From Alphaproteobacteria bacterium (GTDB lineage Bacteria; Pseudomonadota; Alphaproteobacteria; UBA2966): DNA of 64,000 nucleotides. This document shows, one piece after another, positions 20,558-30,751 of this stretch. Under the pieces are notes generated by a model. It saw only the letters and a list, made by a program, of their open reading frames with translations, was not told the origin of the DNA and ran no database searches. Location of the stretch: assembly GCA_965242505.1 (NCBI GenBank), contig OZ251449.1:2552184-2616183 (forward strand). Direction: 5' to 3'. How positions within the stretch are numbered: the first letter of the stretch is position 1; each line of letters opens with the position of its first letter. Position numbers and translations under genes: made by a program.

Positions 20558-20805
20558 CCGCATTTCTCGTACAGGCGGGGATCGAGGATTGCGCGGCGTT
20601 GCGGGACCGCGGTCCACCCCCCTCCCGACCTCCCCCTGTCAAGGGGGAGGAGCGTCAACGGCCCCTCCGTCCCCCTTCTTCTCCCTCCCCTTGGCAGGGG
20701 GAGGGTCGGGGTGGGGGTCGCGCCAGGGGGGAGGAGCGCGAACGGCCCCTGCGGTGCCTCCGTCGCCGGACGAGTCTTGCGGACGAGCCCTATGAGAAAT
20801 GCGGG
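20558..20805 (+). repeat. mosaic element copy R6 (full length A+B, 248 bp, inverted termini)
   Basis: Left end is CCGCATTTCTCGTAC. Right end is CTATGAGAAATGCGG. Contains the A hairpin, GAGAAGAAG-type spacer, B hairpin and G-tract arm. Confidence 0.85.
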
Positions 20806-20815
20806 TCGATGCGTC

Positions 20816-21292
20816 TCACGAGCGGTTCCGTCGGCGAGATCGGTGATAGGGATGACCGGAATGGATCGTCGAGGCGCGATAGAGCTGTTCCGCAAGCATC
20901 ACCCGGGCCAGCATGTGAGGCCACGTCATGGCGCCGAAGGACACGACCGCGTCGGCCCGCTTCAGGACGGCATCGCCGAGGCCGTCGGCGCCGCCGACGA
21001 GGAAGACGATCTCGGGAACGGCCCGGTTCAGCCACTCCCGGAGTCTGGCCGCGAAGTCCTCGCTCGTGAGGGACTCGCCGCGTCGGTCCAGGGCGACCGC
21101 CAGCCCCTCGTCGGGCCAGGCGTCGCCGATGAGCCTGTGTTCGCGATCCCGGCGCTCGCCGGCGTTCGATCGCCCGCGGGCCTCGACCTCCTTGACCTCG
21201 ATCGGCCAGGGCAGGCGTTCGACGTACCGTTCGAACAGCGGAGCGGTGGGATCACGCTTCCCGCGGCCCACGGCGACGATCCTGATCCGCAT
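20816..21292 (-). CDS. rlmH: 23S rRNA (pseudouridine1915-N3)-methyltransferase
   Basis: MRIRIVAVGRGK...FLVGGADGL..SFGAMTWPHMLARVMLAEQLYRA. SPOUT RlmH family. Confidence 0.85.
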   Translation of the reverse strand: MRIRIVAVGRGKRDPTAPLFERYVERLPWPIEVKEVEARGRSNAGERRDREHRLIGDAWPDEGLAVALDRRGESLTSEDFAARLREWLNRAVPEIVFLVGGADGLGDAVLKRADAVVSFGAMTWPHMLARVMLAEQLYRASTIHSGHPYHRSRRRNRS

Positions 21293-21300
21293 GACGGGAA

Positions 21301-21693
21301 TCAGCCGGCGGCCTGCTCCGAGGGAGGCATCTCGACCGACCACATCTTCTCCAGGTTGTAGAATTCGCGCACTTCCCGACGAAAGACGTGGGCGATGACG
21401 TCGCCCGCGTCGATCAGCACCCAGTCGCACCGGGGCATGCCCTCGACCCCGACCGGGCGCCGCGCGCTCTTCTTGAGGCGCTCGACAAGGCGTTCGGCGA
21501 CGGCGCCGACGTGTCGCTGGGAGCGGCCCGTGGCGATTACCAGATAATCGGCGAGGATGGTCTTGTTCCGAAGGTCGATGGCGACGACGTCGATCGCCTT
21601 GTCGTCTTCCAGCGATGACGTGACCAGTTCCAGCAGCCCGGCCGAAGAATCAACGGCGGGATCAGTCTCGTTTATCTTCCCGTCCTCCCTCAC
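21301..21693 (-). CDS. rsfS: ribosome silencing factor RsfS (iojap)
   Basis: DDKAIDVVAIDLRNKTILADYLVIATGRSQRHV..DWVLIDAGDVIAHVF. GTG start overlaps the nadD stop (GTGA). Confidence 0.8.
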   Translation of the reverse strand: MREDGKINETDPAVDSSAGLLELVTSSLEDDKAIDVVAIDLRNKTILADYLVIATGRSQRHVGAVAERLVERLKKSARRPVGVEGMPRCDWVLIDAGDVIAHVFRREVREFYNLEKMWSVEMPPSEQAAG

Positions 21694-22301
21694 GAAATGG
21701 CGGCGCTCCCCCGCAAGGCCGTCGCGGAAGTGGGATCGTTGGAACCCCAGAGAAAAATCCACGCCGGAGGCGTACGGTCAGCCAGAAGCCTTCCCTCACG
21801 TCCGTTCAGTCGGCGGCGGGCATAACGCGCCGCCGCGGCGCCCGCCAACGCTCGATAAGAATACGTCGGGCGGTCGACGACCGCAACGGGCGCCGTCTCG
21901 AAGATCTCGATCCACCGTCGCCATGCCGTGATCTGAACCAGATTGTCCGCCCCCATGATCCACACGAAGCGATGACGGGGGCGCCGACGGCGCAGGCGGC
22001 GGAGCGTGTCGGCGGTGTATCGAGTTCCCAGTTCCACCTCCGCCTCGCTGATCCGGATCCGTCGATCGCGCGCGGCCTCGCGGGCGGAAGCGAGGCGCTC
22101 CGCGTAGGGCGCCATTCCGGCCGTTGGCTTGAGAGGATTCTGCGGCGATATCAACCACCAGACCTGATCGAGGTTCAGGCGCCCGAGCGCGAGCAGGCTG
22201 ACGCGCAGGTGGCCGGCGTGAGCCGGATTGAACGATCCGCCCAGCAGTCCCACTCTCGGGCCGCGGGCGGCGCGCCGCCGGGGGGCGACCGGCCGGTTCA
22301 T
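21690..22301 (-). CDS. nadD: nicotinate-nucleotide adenylyltransferase
   Basis: GLLGGSFNPAHAGHL, ISPQNPLK. Start uncertain (22301 or 22328). Confidence 0.85.
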   Translation of the reverse strand: MNRPVAPRRRAARGPRVGLLGGSFNPAHAGHLRVSLLALGRLNLDQVWWLISPQNPLKPTAGMAPYAERLASAREAARDRRIRISEAEVELGTRYTADTLRRLRRRRPRHRFVWIMGADNLVQITAWRRWIEIFETAPVAVVDRPTYSYRALAGAAAARYARRRLNGREGRLLADRTPPAWIFLWGSNDPTSATALRGSAAIS

Positions 22302-22347
22302 GCGCCTTCGCGCGCCGCGATTGCGCAACGCATTCGTCGTGGGGCCG

Positions 22348-23639
22348 TCAGGGCCGGATCTGCCCGGACCCGCGGACGACGTACTTGAACGTGGTCAATT
22401 GCTCCACGCCCACCGGCCCGCGCGCGTGCAGGCGTCCCGTCGATATCCCGATCTCCGCGCCCATGCCGAACTCGCCGCCGTCGGCGAATTGCGTCGAGGC
22501 GTTGTGCAGCAGGATGGCGCTGTCCAATTCGTTCAGGAAGCGTTCGGCCGCGGCGTCGTTCCCGGTGACGATGCTTTCGGTGTGATGGGAGCCGTAGGTC
22601 TCGATGTGTCGGATGGCCGCGTCGAGGTCCTCGACCACGCGCACGGAGATGACGGCGTCGAGGTACTCGGTGGCCCAGTCGTCCGCGGTGGCCTCGGTGA
22701 CGCGATGGTCCAGGGCGCGCGCCGAGTCGTCTCCCCGGACCTCGCACCCCGCGCCAATCAGGTCGTCGACGATGGGCGGCAGGTGAGTCCCGGCGATCGC
22801 CTTGTCGACAAGCAGCGTCTCCGCCGCGCCGCAGACGCCGGTGCGCCGCATCTTGGCGTTGAGAACGATGGTCCGCGCCATCTCCGGGTCGGCGTCCCGA
22901 TGCACGTAGACGTGGCACAGCCCGTCCAGATGGGCGATGACCGGCATCCGGCTTTCCTCGAACACCCGTTCGATCAGCGATCGACCGCCGCGCGGCACGA
23001 TGACGTCGACGTAGTCGTGGAGACGCAGGAGCGCCCCGACCGCGGCGCGGTCGCTCGTCGGAACGAGCTGGATGGCGGTCTCGGGCAGGCCGCCGGCGGC
23101 CAGTCCCCGGCGCAGGCATGCATGGATGGCGCGAGAGGAACAGTGGCTCTCCGATCCGCCGCGCAGGATGGCCGCGTTACCCGACTTCAGGGACAGCGCC
23201 CCGGCGTCCGCCGTCACGTTCGGCCGCGACTCGTAGACGATGCCGATCACGCCGAGGGGGACGCGCACGCGCGAGATACGCAAGCCGTTGGGGCGCATCC
23301 ATTCGGCGATCACGTCGCCCACCGGATCCGCGAGATGAGCGACCTCTTCGAGGCCCCTGGCGATGCCCTCGATCCGCGTTTCGTCGAGCGCCAGCCGGTC
23401 CAGCCGGGCGGCGCCGAGGCCGGAGTCGCGGGCGGCGTTCATGTCGGCGGCGTTGGCTTCGAGGATGTCTCCGGCGCGGGCGCGGATTTCGGCGGCCGCC
23501 GCCAGCAGGGCCGTGTTCTTGGCCTCGGTCGATGCGCCGCCGAGGGCCGTTCCGGCGGCGCGCGCGGCCTTGCCGAGGCGGGTCAGCAGCGCATCGGCGT
23601 CTTCATCCGGTTCGGCGATGCCCGCCGCATCGATAGCGC

Positions 23640-23643
<4 letters not shown>
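22348..23643 (-). CDS. proA: glutamate-5-semialdehyde dehydrogenase
   Basis: 431 aa. [19 protein letters not shown]-like [25 protein letters not shown]. Confidence 0.9.
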
Positions 23644-25906
<2,263 letters not shown>

Positions 25907-26164
25907 CTAGGCGGGTGGCTCCACGGAGACGTAGGTGTGTCCCGGCCCTTTCTTCTCGAAGGCGACCTTGCCCTCGATCAGGGCGAAAATCGTATGATCC
26001 TTGCCGAGGCCCACGTTCCGGCCCGGGCGCCATTTGGTGCCGCGCTGGCGGATGATGATGTTGCCGGGAACGACAAGCTCGCCACCGTACTTCTTGACGC
26101 CGAGCCGCCGCCCCGCCGAGTCGCGCCCGTTGCGCGAACTCCCGCCCGCCTTCTTGTGAGCCAT
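25907..26164 (-). CDS. rpmA: 50S ribosomal protein L27
   Basis: [25 protein letters not shown]. Confidence 0.95.
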   Translation of the reverse strand: MAHKKAGGSSRNGRDSAGRRLGVKKYGGELVVPGNIIIRQRGTKWRPGRNVGLGKDHTIFALIEGKVAFEKKGPGHTYVSVEPPA

Positions 26165-26176
26165 CGTTCCGCTCCT

Positions 26177-26584
26177 CTACGAGCCGTCCTCGTCGTCATC
26201 GCCGCCGCCTTCGCGCGTCGCCGGAACCCGCCGTTCGGACGCCGCCGCGCTTCCCGCGGAATCCTTCGCGCCGGACACGTTGATGTCGGTGACGCGCAGA
26301 AGGGTGACATGCTGCCGGTGCCCCTTCTTGCGGCGGTAGTTCTTCCGGCGTTTCTTCTTGAACACGACGATCTTGTCGCTGCGCGTCTGCTCGACGACCT
26401 CGACACTGACGCTCGCGCCATCGACCAGCGGGCTGCCGACCGTGGTGTTTCGGTCGTCACCGATCATCAGCACCTCGCCCAGATCAAGAGTCGATCCGGC
26501 TTCGGCCGCGAGTTTCTCGACGGCGATGATTTCATCCTTGGCGACGCGATATTGCTTGCCGCCCGTCCTGACGACCGCGTACAT
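26177..26584 (-). CDS. rplU: 50S ribosomal protein L21 (with acidic C-terminal tail)
   Basis: [29 protein letters not shown]. Confidence 0.9.
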   Translation of the reverse strand: MYAVVRTGGKQYRVAKDEIIAVEKLAAEAGSTLDLGEVLMIGDDRNTTVGSPLVDGASVSVEVVEQTRSDKIVVFKKKRRKNYRRKKGHRQHVTLLRVTDINVSGAKDSAGSAAASERRVPATREGGGDDDEDGS

Positions 26585-26770
26585 GACAAGTTGCCGATTA
26601 CATCGTGTGTCCAAGGCGCGCGTGACCCCGCGACGGTCCCGGCGCGCGATCGGGACTATAACCCCGACGTCCGGCAAGTCAATGACTTCGTTTCCGATTC
26701 ACGAGATTCCCGCTCTGGCGGGTCGGGCGTGGCTCCCCGGACGCGCCGGTGGACAGCCGCGCGGAACGAA

Positions 26771-26798
26771 TTGGCAGCCGCGACGGTTCTGCCATAAT
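26771..26798 (+). promoter_or_regulatory. candidate sigma70-type promoter of the CBS gene
   Basis: TTGGCA, 16-nt spacer, CATAAT. GAGGGAGG Shine-Dalgarno lies before ATG 26844. Confidence 0.35.
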
Positions 26799-26843
26799 GC
26801 GCCTGCGCGATGCCTTGGCGGAGAAACGACGAGGGAGGCGGCC

Positions 26844-27290
26844 ATGCGGGCCAAGGAAATCATGACCAGACAACTGGTCACGGCGAAACCCGAAACGCCG
26901 GTAACGGAGGTCGCGCAGTTGATGATGGAGCATCGGATCAGCGCCGTTCCGGTCGTCACGCCCGACCAGCGTCTCCTCGGGATCGTCAGCGACACCGACC
27001 TCCTGCAGCGCCGGGAAGTCGGTATGCAGAGGCTTCCGCGGTCCTGGTGGCTGGCGCTCTTCAATTCAAAGGATCGGCTCACCAACAGCGTCGACAGGAC
27101 GGAAAGCAATCTCGCCGAGAACATCATGACCACGCCGGCCATCTCCATCGATCAGGAAGCGACGATCGAAGACGTCGCGAGGCTGTTTCTGACGCGGAAG
27201 ATCAACCAGGCCCCGGTGGTGCATGGAGGCAAGCTCGTGGGGATCGTCAGCCGGGGCGATCTGGTGTCGGCCATCGCCCGTTCCGACTGA
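26844..27290 (+). CDS. CBS domain pair protein
   Basis: Two CBS-like units: IMTRQLVT..ISAVPVV..GIVSDTDLL and IMTTPAISI..APVVHGGKLVGIVSRGDLV. Confidence 0.8.
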   Translation: MRAKEIMTRQLVTAKPETPVTEVAQLMMEHRISAVPVVTPDQRLLGIVSDTDLLQRREVGMQRLPRSWWLALFNSKDRLTNSVDRTESNLAENIMTTPAISIDQEATIEDVARLFLTRKINQAPVVHGGKLVGIVSRGDLVSAIARSD

Positions 27291-27488
27291 TCCGGACATC
27301 TCGCGAGGGTAGCGCGCCAGAGCCTTGAGCCGGGCGATCTCGGGGCCGTCGCCGGCGGGGATTTCCATGCTCATGTCGATCAGCTCCGCGCTGCGGCGCT
27401 TGACGGCTTGGATGAAACCGCTGCCGGACGGGTTGAAGTCGAGGCCGACGCGGCGCTCGCCTTTGGTGAGTTCTCGGGTTTCGGACAT
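27066..27488 (-). pseudogene. phage-like small protein, probably 3'-truncated; only about 27300-27488 looks protein-like
   Basis: MSETRELTKGERRVGLDFNPSGSGFIQAVKRRSAELIDM..EIARLKALA. The ORF then runs antisense through the CBS gene 3' end for about 225 nt. Confidence 0.35.
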
Positions 27489-27833
27489 TCACTTCTCCTC
27501 CTTGATGGTTCGGGTTTCAAGGTCTTCGATATCCCAGGGCGCTCCGATCACGGCCTCGCCCCGGTGTCCGCGGGCGGCGAGGATGCGCAGGCCGTCGGCG
27601 ATGAGGCGTTCGCGCTCGCGGCGCAGGTAGCGCTCGCACCGGTCCCCGGCCTTGTAGGCGCCGAGGCTGCCGGGCGCGGCGCCGTCGAGCTGGTTCAGCG
27701 CCTCCGCTTCGTCCTCGTCGAGCGGGTGCGTGATGCGCTCTTCCTCCGTGAGGCCGTGGGGCGAATCCCACCACGCCGTCCCGTAGACGTGCGCCCGGCC
27801 CCACGTTCGGATGCGGATGCCCGCTCTCTTCAT
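27489..27833 (-). CDS. hypothetical protein (114 aa), island ORF
   Basis: Start MKRAGIRIRTW overlaps the upstream stop (ATGA). Its stop abuts the next ATG (TGAATG). Confidence 0.45.
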   Translation of the reverse strand: MKRAGIRIRTWGRAHVYGTAWWDSPHGLTEEERITHPLDEDEAEALNQLDGAAPGSLGAYKAGDRCERYLRRERERLIADGLRILAARGHRGEAVIGAPWDIEDLETRTIKEEK

Positions 27834-28063
27834 GATGCCACTCCCTTCCGTGGAATGTCGATGGCGTCCTCGCCTCCTTCGCAGAGGCGACGCAGTTCCT
27901 CGGCGCGGATCGGGACGAAACGATCGCCCAATGGCCGCAAGAGTTCCCGGCAGCTCTCGCACAGGCTGTCGCGGCGCAGGCGGCCGTAGGCGCCCGACCC
28001 CTCGATCTCCAGGGCCCGGCTACAGTCTCGGCATTCGATCGTGCGGATCGTCCGGAGCGTCAA
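27830..28063 (-). CDS. hypothetical zinc-ribbon-like protein (77 aa; CxxC...CxxC)
   Basis: ECRDCS....LCESC. Proposed TTG start overlaps the upstream TGA (TTGA). Confidence 0.4.
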   Translation of the reverse strand: MTLRTIRTIECRDCSRALEIEGSGAYGRLRRDSLCESCRELLRPLGDRFVPIRAEELRRLCEGGEDAIDIPRKGVAS

Positions 28064-28293
28064 TGAGTAACGCCCTTCTTCATGGCCATCTTCACCATCT
28101 CCTGCGCTTTCTCGGCAGATGAAAACCCCGTCTGGATGCCCGCCTTTCCGAGAATGGACCCGATCCGATTGAAGCACTCGGAGAACTCCTTGCGCTGTTC
28201 GTCGGAGTAGCCGCGCTCGGTCATGGCTATCTCGGCAGCCTCATTGATGAACATCTGCGTGACTTCGATCTGATCCTCTTCCGTCATGTCCAT
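28060..28293 (-). CDS. hypothetical small acidic helical protein (77 aa)
   Basis: MDMTEEDQIEVTQMFINEAAEIAMTERGYSDEQRKEF... Visibly lower G+C than its surroundings. Confidence 0.5.
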   Translation of the reverse strand: MDMTEEDQIEVTQMFINEAAEIAMTERGYSDEQRKEFSECFNRIGSILGKAGIQTGFSSAEKAQEMVKMAMKKGVTH

Positions 28294-28511
28294 TTTCTGA
28301 ACCTCGCCTTCTTGCCGTACAGTTCCGGGAAGGCGCGCCGCGCGGCGGCCTCGTATTCAGCCCTCTTGCGCTCGGGCGCTCCCCTGCATATGGTGCGTGT
28401 GGACGGTCCGGTGTCAGTCTGCGACGGATCCACCACGTGCCCTTCGGGGCCGTGCCAAACGGTGGGAGAAGGAGCTTCCGGACCGTCGCCGTTTCCTTTC
28501 CGGTCACTCAT
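28284..28511 (-). CDS. hypothetical protein (75 aa)
   Basis: Start MSDRKGNGDG overlaps the MuF-fragment stop by 8 nt (ATGAGTGA). Confidence 0.4.
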   Translation of the reverse strand: MSDRKGNGDGPEAPSPTVWHGPEGHVVDPSQTDTGPSTRTICRGAPERKRAEYEAAARRAFPELYGKKARFRKWT

Positions 28512-29373
28512 CCATCTCTCCCTCAATGAGCGCATGGCGCGGATCACGCAGATCTCTCGCCTTGACGTACCCCGCGGTTCGGATGGCGTTGATCTGGCCC
28601 TTTCGGCGCGTGGCGAAGTTGACGCGGACGGCGATCTTGCCGCGCCGTTCGTCGTCAGCCGGATCGAAGACGTAGAGGAGCGTCGGCCCTTCCGGCCGCG
28701 TCTCGAACAGGACGGCGCGGGGTTCGGCGAGTATCTCGGGGAGGCGGTCGAGGTCGGCGGCGTCGAGGGCCTGCCCGCGGGCGCGCTTGGGGTCGCGGGT
28801 CATGTGTCCGAGGGCGCGGCGGTCCACGGTGACGGCGACCGTCGCGGGCGGGTCCCCGCGTTCGGCGAGGGCCTTGACGGTCTTTGGCGAGAGCGCGCCC
28901 ACCTCGAAGCGGTTCTGCAAGTCGGGTCCGGGTTCGCTGCGGCGCCAGCGGCGCCAGTTCTCGCCCAGGGCCCGGAGGACGGACGGCCGCCGGAGCATCG
29001 GGCGGATGGCGGCGGCGGCGATGGAGGGGGCGGTCTCGATGGAGGAGAGGATGGCCTGGCGCACGGCGTCGCCGGACTGAAGACTGGCTCCGGGGGCGTA
29101 GTCGAAGCCCGGGTCGATGCCCTCCGGGACGGTGACGGTGCGCCTGGCGCGCCCGCGCCCCACGGTGCGGGTGACCATGCGGTCGGGCGGGGCCTCGTCG
29201 GGTCCGTCCTTCCCGGCGCGCCGGAGGCCGTCGTCGTCGAGGGCCTCGACGTAGCACTTGCAGCCCCATCCGTTGGGCGGGTAGTGGGCGTCCCACCAGG
29301 GATGGTCGTGGCGGAGCACGAGGCCGTCCCACGCGAGGTGATCGGGGCGCGCGTCGACGGAGGCCGGTCGCCG
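28504..29373 (-). pseudogene. 5'-truncated phage MuF-like (minor head/morphogenesis) gene retaining a C-terminal toxin-like extension
   Basis: Frame is open from the stop at 29374. It reads ..HLAWDGLVLRHDHPWWDAHYPPNGWGCKCYV (end of the MuF domain) and VPEGIDPGFDYAPG. A tail of about 150 aa follows, with ALGHMTRDPKRARGQ..LPEILAEP..LLYVF..KIAVRVNF. Confidence 0.55.
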
Positions 29374-29412
29374 TCACGGCCCTCTGCCTCGCGGGGTGGG
29401 CGCTCGCCCGGT

Positions 29413-29526
29413 TCAGTCCAGGAACGGGGCGATGAGCGCGGCGAACAGGACGAAGAGGAAGATGCCGGCGTACATGACGGCCGCCGGCGCCATGATCAAC
29501 CCGATGAACCACAGTATTTCCCTCAT
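29413..29526 (-). CDS. possible 37-aa hydrophobic peptide (below the ORF-track cutoff)
   Basis: My own translation: MREILWFIGLIMAPAAVMYAGIFLFVLFAALIAPFLD, followed by TGA. Confidence 0.25.
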   Translation of the reverse strand: MREILWFIGLIMAPAAVMYAGIFLFVLFAALIAPFLD

Positions 29527-29544
29527 GTCCTCGATGTAGGCGCC

Positions 29545-29700
29545 ATGACGGACGGTCTCAACCTCGCGCTCCGCATCCGCGCCGACGTGGCGGAGGCGGC
29601 GAGAGCGCTCCGCAACGTCGACAAGTCCCTGGGCAAGATGGGGGCCGCCCGCGGCATGGACGAGGTCGGGACTTGTCGTAGTTCAGGCTTTGCCCTATTG
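29545..29700 (+). pseudogene. fragment resembling the N-terminus of a phage tail tape-measure protein
   Basis: MTDGLNLALRIRADVAEAARALRNVDKSLGKMGAARGMDEVG, then runs into the tRNA gene. Assignment is by resemblance only. Confidence 0.25.
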
Positions 29701-29701
29701 A
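29673..29701 (+). promoter_or_regulatory. candidate promoter of tRNA-Ser
   Basis: TTGTCG, 17-nt spacer, TATTGA, ending 14 nt before the tRNA 5' end. Confidence 0.3.
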
Positions 29702-29715
29702 GGCGGCCGTCGCGC

Positions 29716-29804
29716 GGAGGGGTGCCGGAGTGGCCGAACGGGGCGGTCTCGAAAACCGTTGTACGCTCTGCGTACCGTGGGTTCGAATCCCACCCCCTCC
29801 GCCA
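29716..29804 (+). tRNA. tRNA-Ser (anticodon CGA), CCA encoded
   Basis: Acceptor GGAGGGG/CCCCTCC. Anticodon loop CTCGAAA. Long variable arm GTACGC-TCT-GCGTAC. T arm GTGGGTTCGAATCCCAC. Confidence 0.9.
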
Positions 29805-29875
29805 CGGATTCACCCGCCTGCGGGGCGGCGGGCGGCTCCATGGCGGTTCGGGTCCGACCTGCGCCGCCGCGGACC

Positions 29876-30751
29876 TCAAAGAAGGTAGGCGATCAGGAAC
29901 GGCAACGTCAGAAACGATATCGCCGTCGAGACCACGACGCCGCCCGCGACGTCGGACGGACGGTTGTCGTACCGCTGAGCGAACAGGAAGTTGTAGACGG
30001 CCACCGGCATCGCGCACTGGAGTACGAGCACGCCGCGCGCGACGCCCTCGAAGTCGAGCAACCCCGCCAGCGACAGGCCCAACGGGAAGCCGAGGCCCAC
30101 ACGGAAGACGCCGATCAACGTCGCGCGCCCCATGTCGGCTACCCGTAACCGGGCCAGGGCGACCCCAAGCGTGATCAGGATCGCCGGAATCGTGAAGCCC
30201 CCGATCAACCGTGTCGTATTGGCAAGCCACAGGGGCGGCTCGGTCCCGGCGGCGAGAAACGCCACTCCGGCCAGCGCGGCCCAGATCAGCGGCGTCCGCA
30301 GCAGCCGCGCGGGAGATATCTCGCCCGAAGCGAGCCAGATCCCGAGCGTGAAGTTCCCGAGCGACGTCACGGTAAAGAAGGTGACGCCCAGCGCCAACCC
30401 TTCGCCGCCGAACGCGAACAGGCAGAGGGGCAGCCCCACGTTGCCCGAATTCGGAAACATCAGGGAGGGGAGAAAGGCGCGGACCGGTTGCCGCGCCGCG
30501 AACAGGACCGCGCCGCCCACCGCCGAGAGGAGGACGATGGACATCAACGAGGCCAGCGCCATGCTTGCGACCGCGTCGAGGTCGACGCCGAATTCCGTCA
30601 GCGTCGAAAAGACCAGGCATGGCGTGCCGATGACCAGCACCAGCGATGTCAGCAACTCGGTGTTGAAGGCGGGTCCGCGCCGGGCCCAGCCGAACCCCAG
30701 GGCGGCGCCGAACATCACCGGAGCGACCACGGCGAAGGTTTCGGCGATCAC
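29876..30751 (-). CDS. AEC (auxin efflux carrier) family transporter, copy 2
   Basis: Polytopic. NSGNVGLPLCLFAFG motif. GTG start overlaps the stop of copy 1 (GTGA). Confidence 0.75.
   Translation of the reverse strand: MIAETFAVVAPVMFGAALGFGWARRGPAFNTELLTSLVLVIGTPCLVFSTLTEFGVDLDAVASMALASLMSIVLLSAVGGAVLFAARQPVRAFLPSLMFPNSGNVGLPLCLFAFGGEGLALGVTFFTVTSLGNFTLGIWLASGEISPARLLRTPLIWAALAGVAFLAAGTEPPLWLANTTRLIGGFTIPAILITLGVALARLRVADMGRATLIGVFRVGLGFPLGLSLAGLLDFEGVARGVLVLQCAMPVAVYNFLFAQRYDNRPSDVAGGVVVSTAISFLTLPFLIAYLL

Noticed and set aside
27291-29804. Intact prophage or integrative element using tRNA-Ser as its attachment site.
   Set aside because: There is no integrase and no recognisable direct repeat of the tRNA 3' end by eye. 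The phage-like DNA lies 5' of the tRNA, and every phage-like gene with a recognisable family is truncated. It is treated as a remnant.
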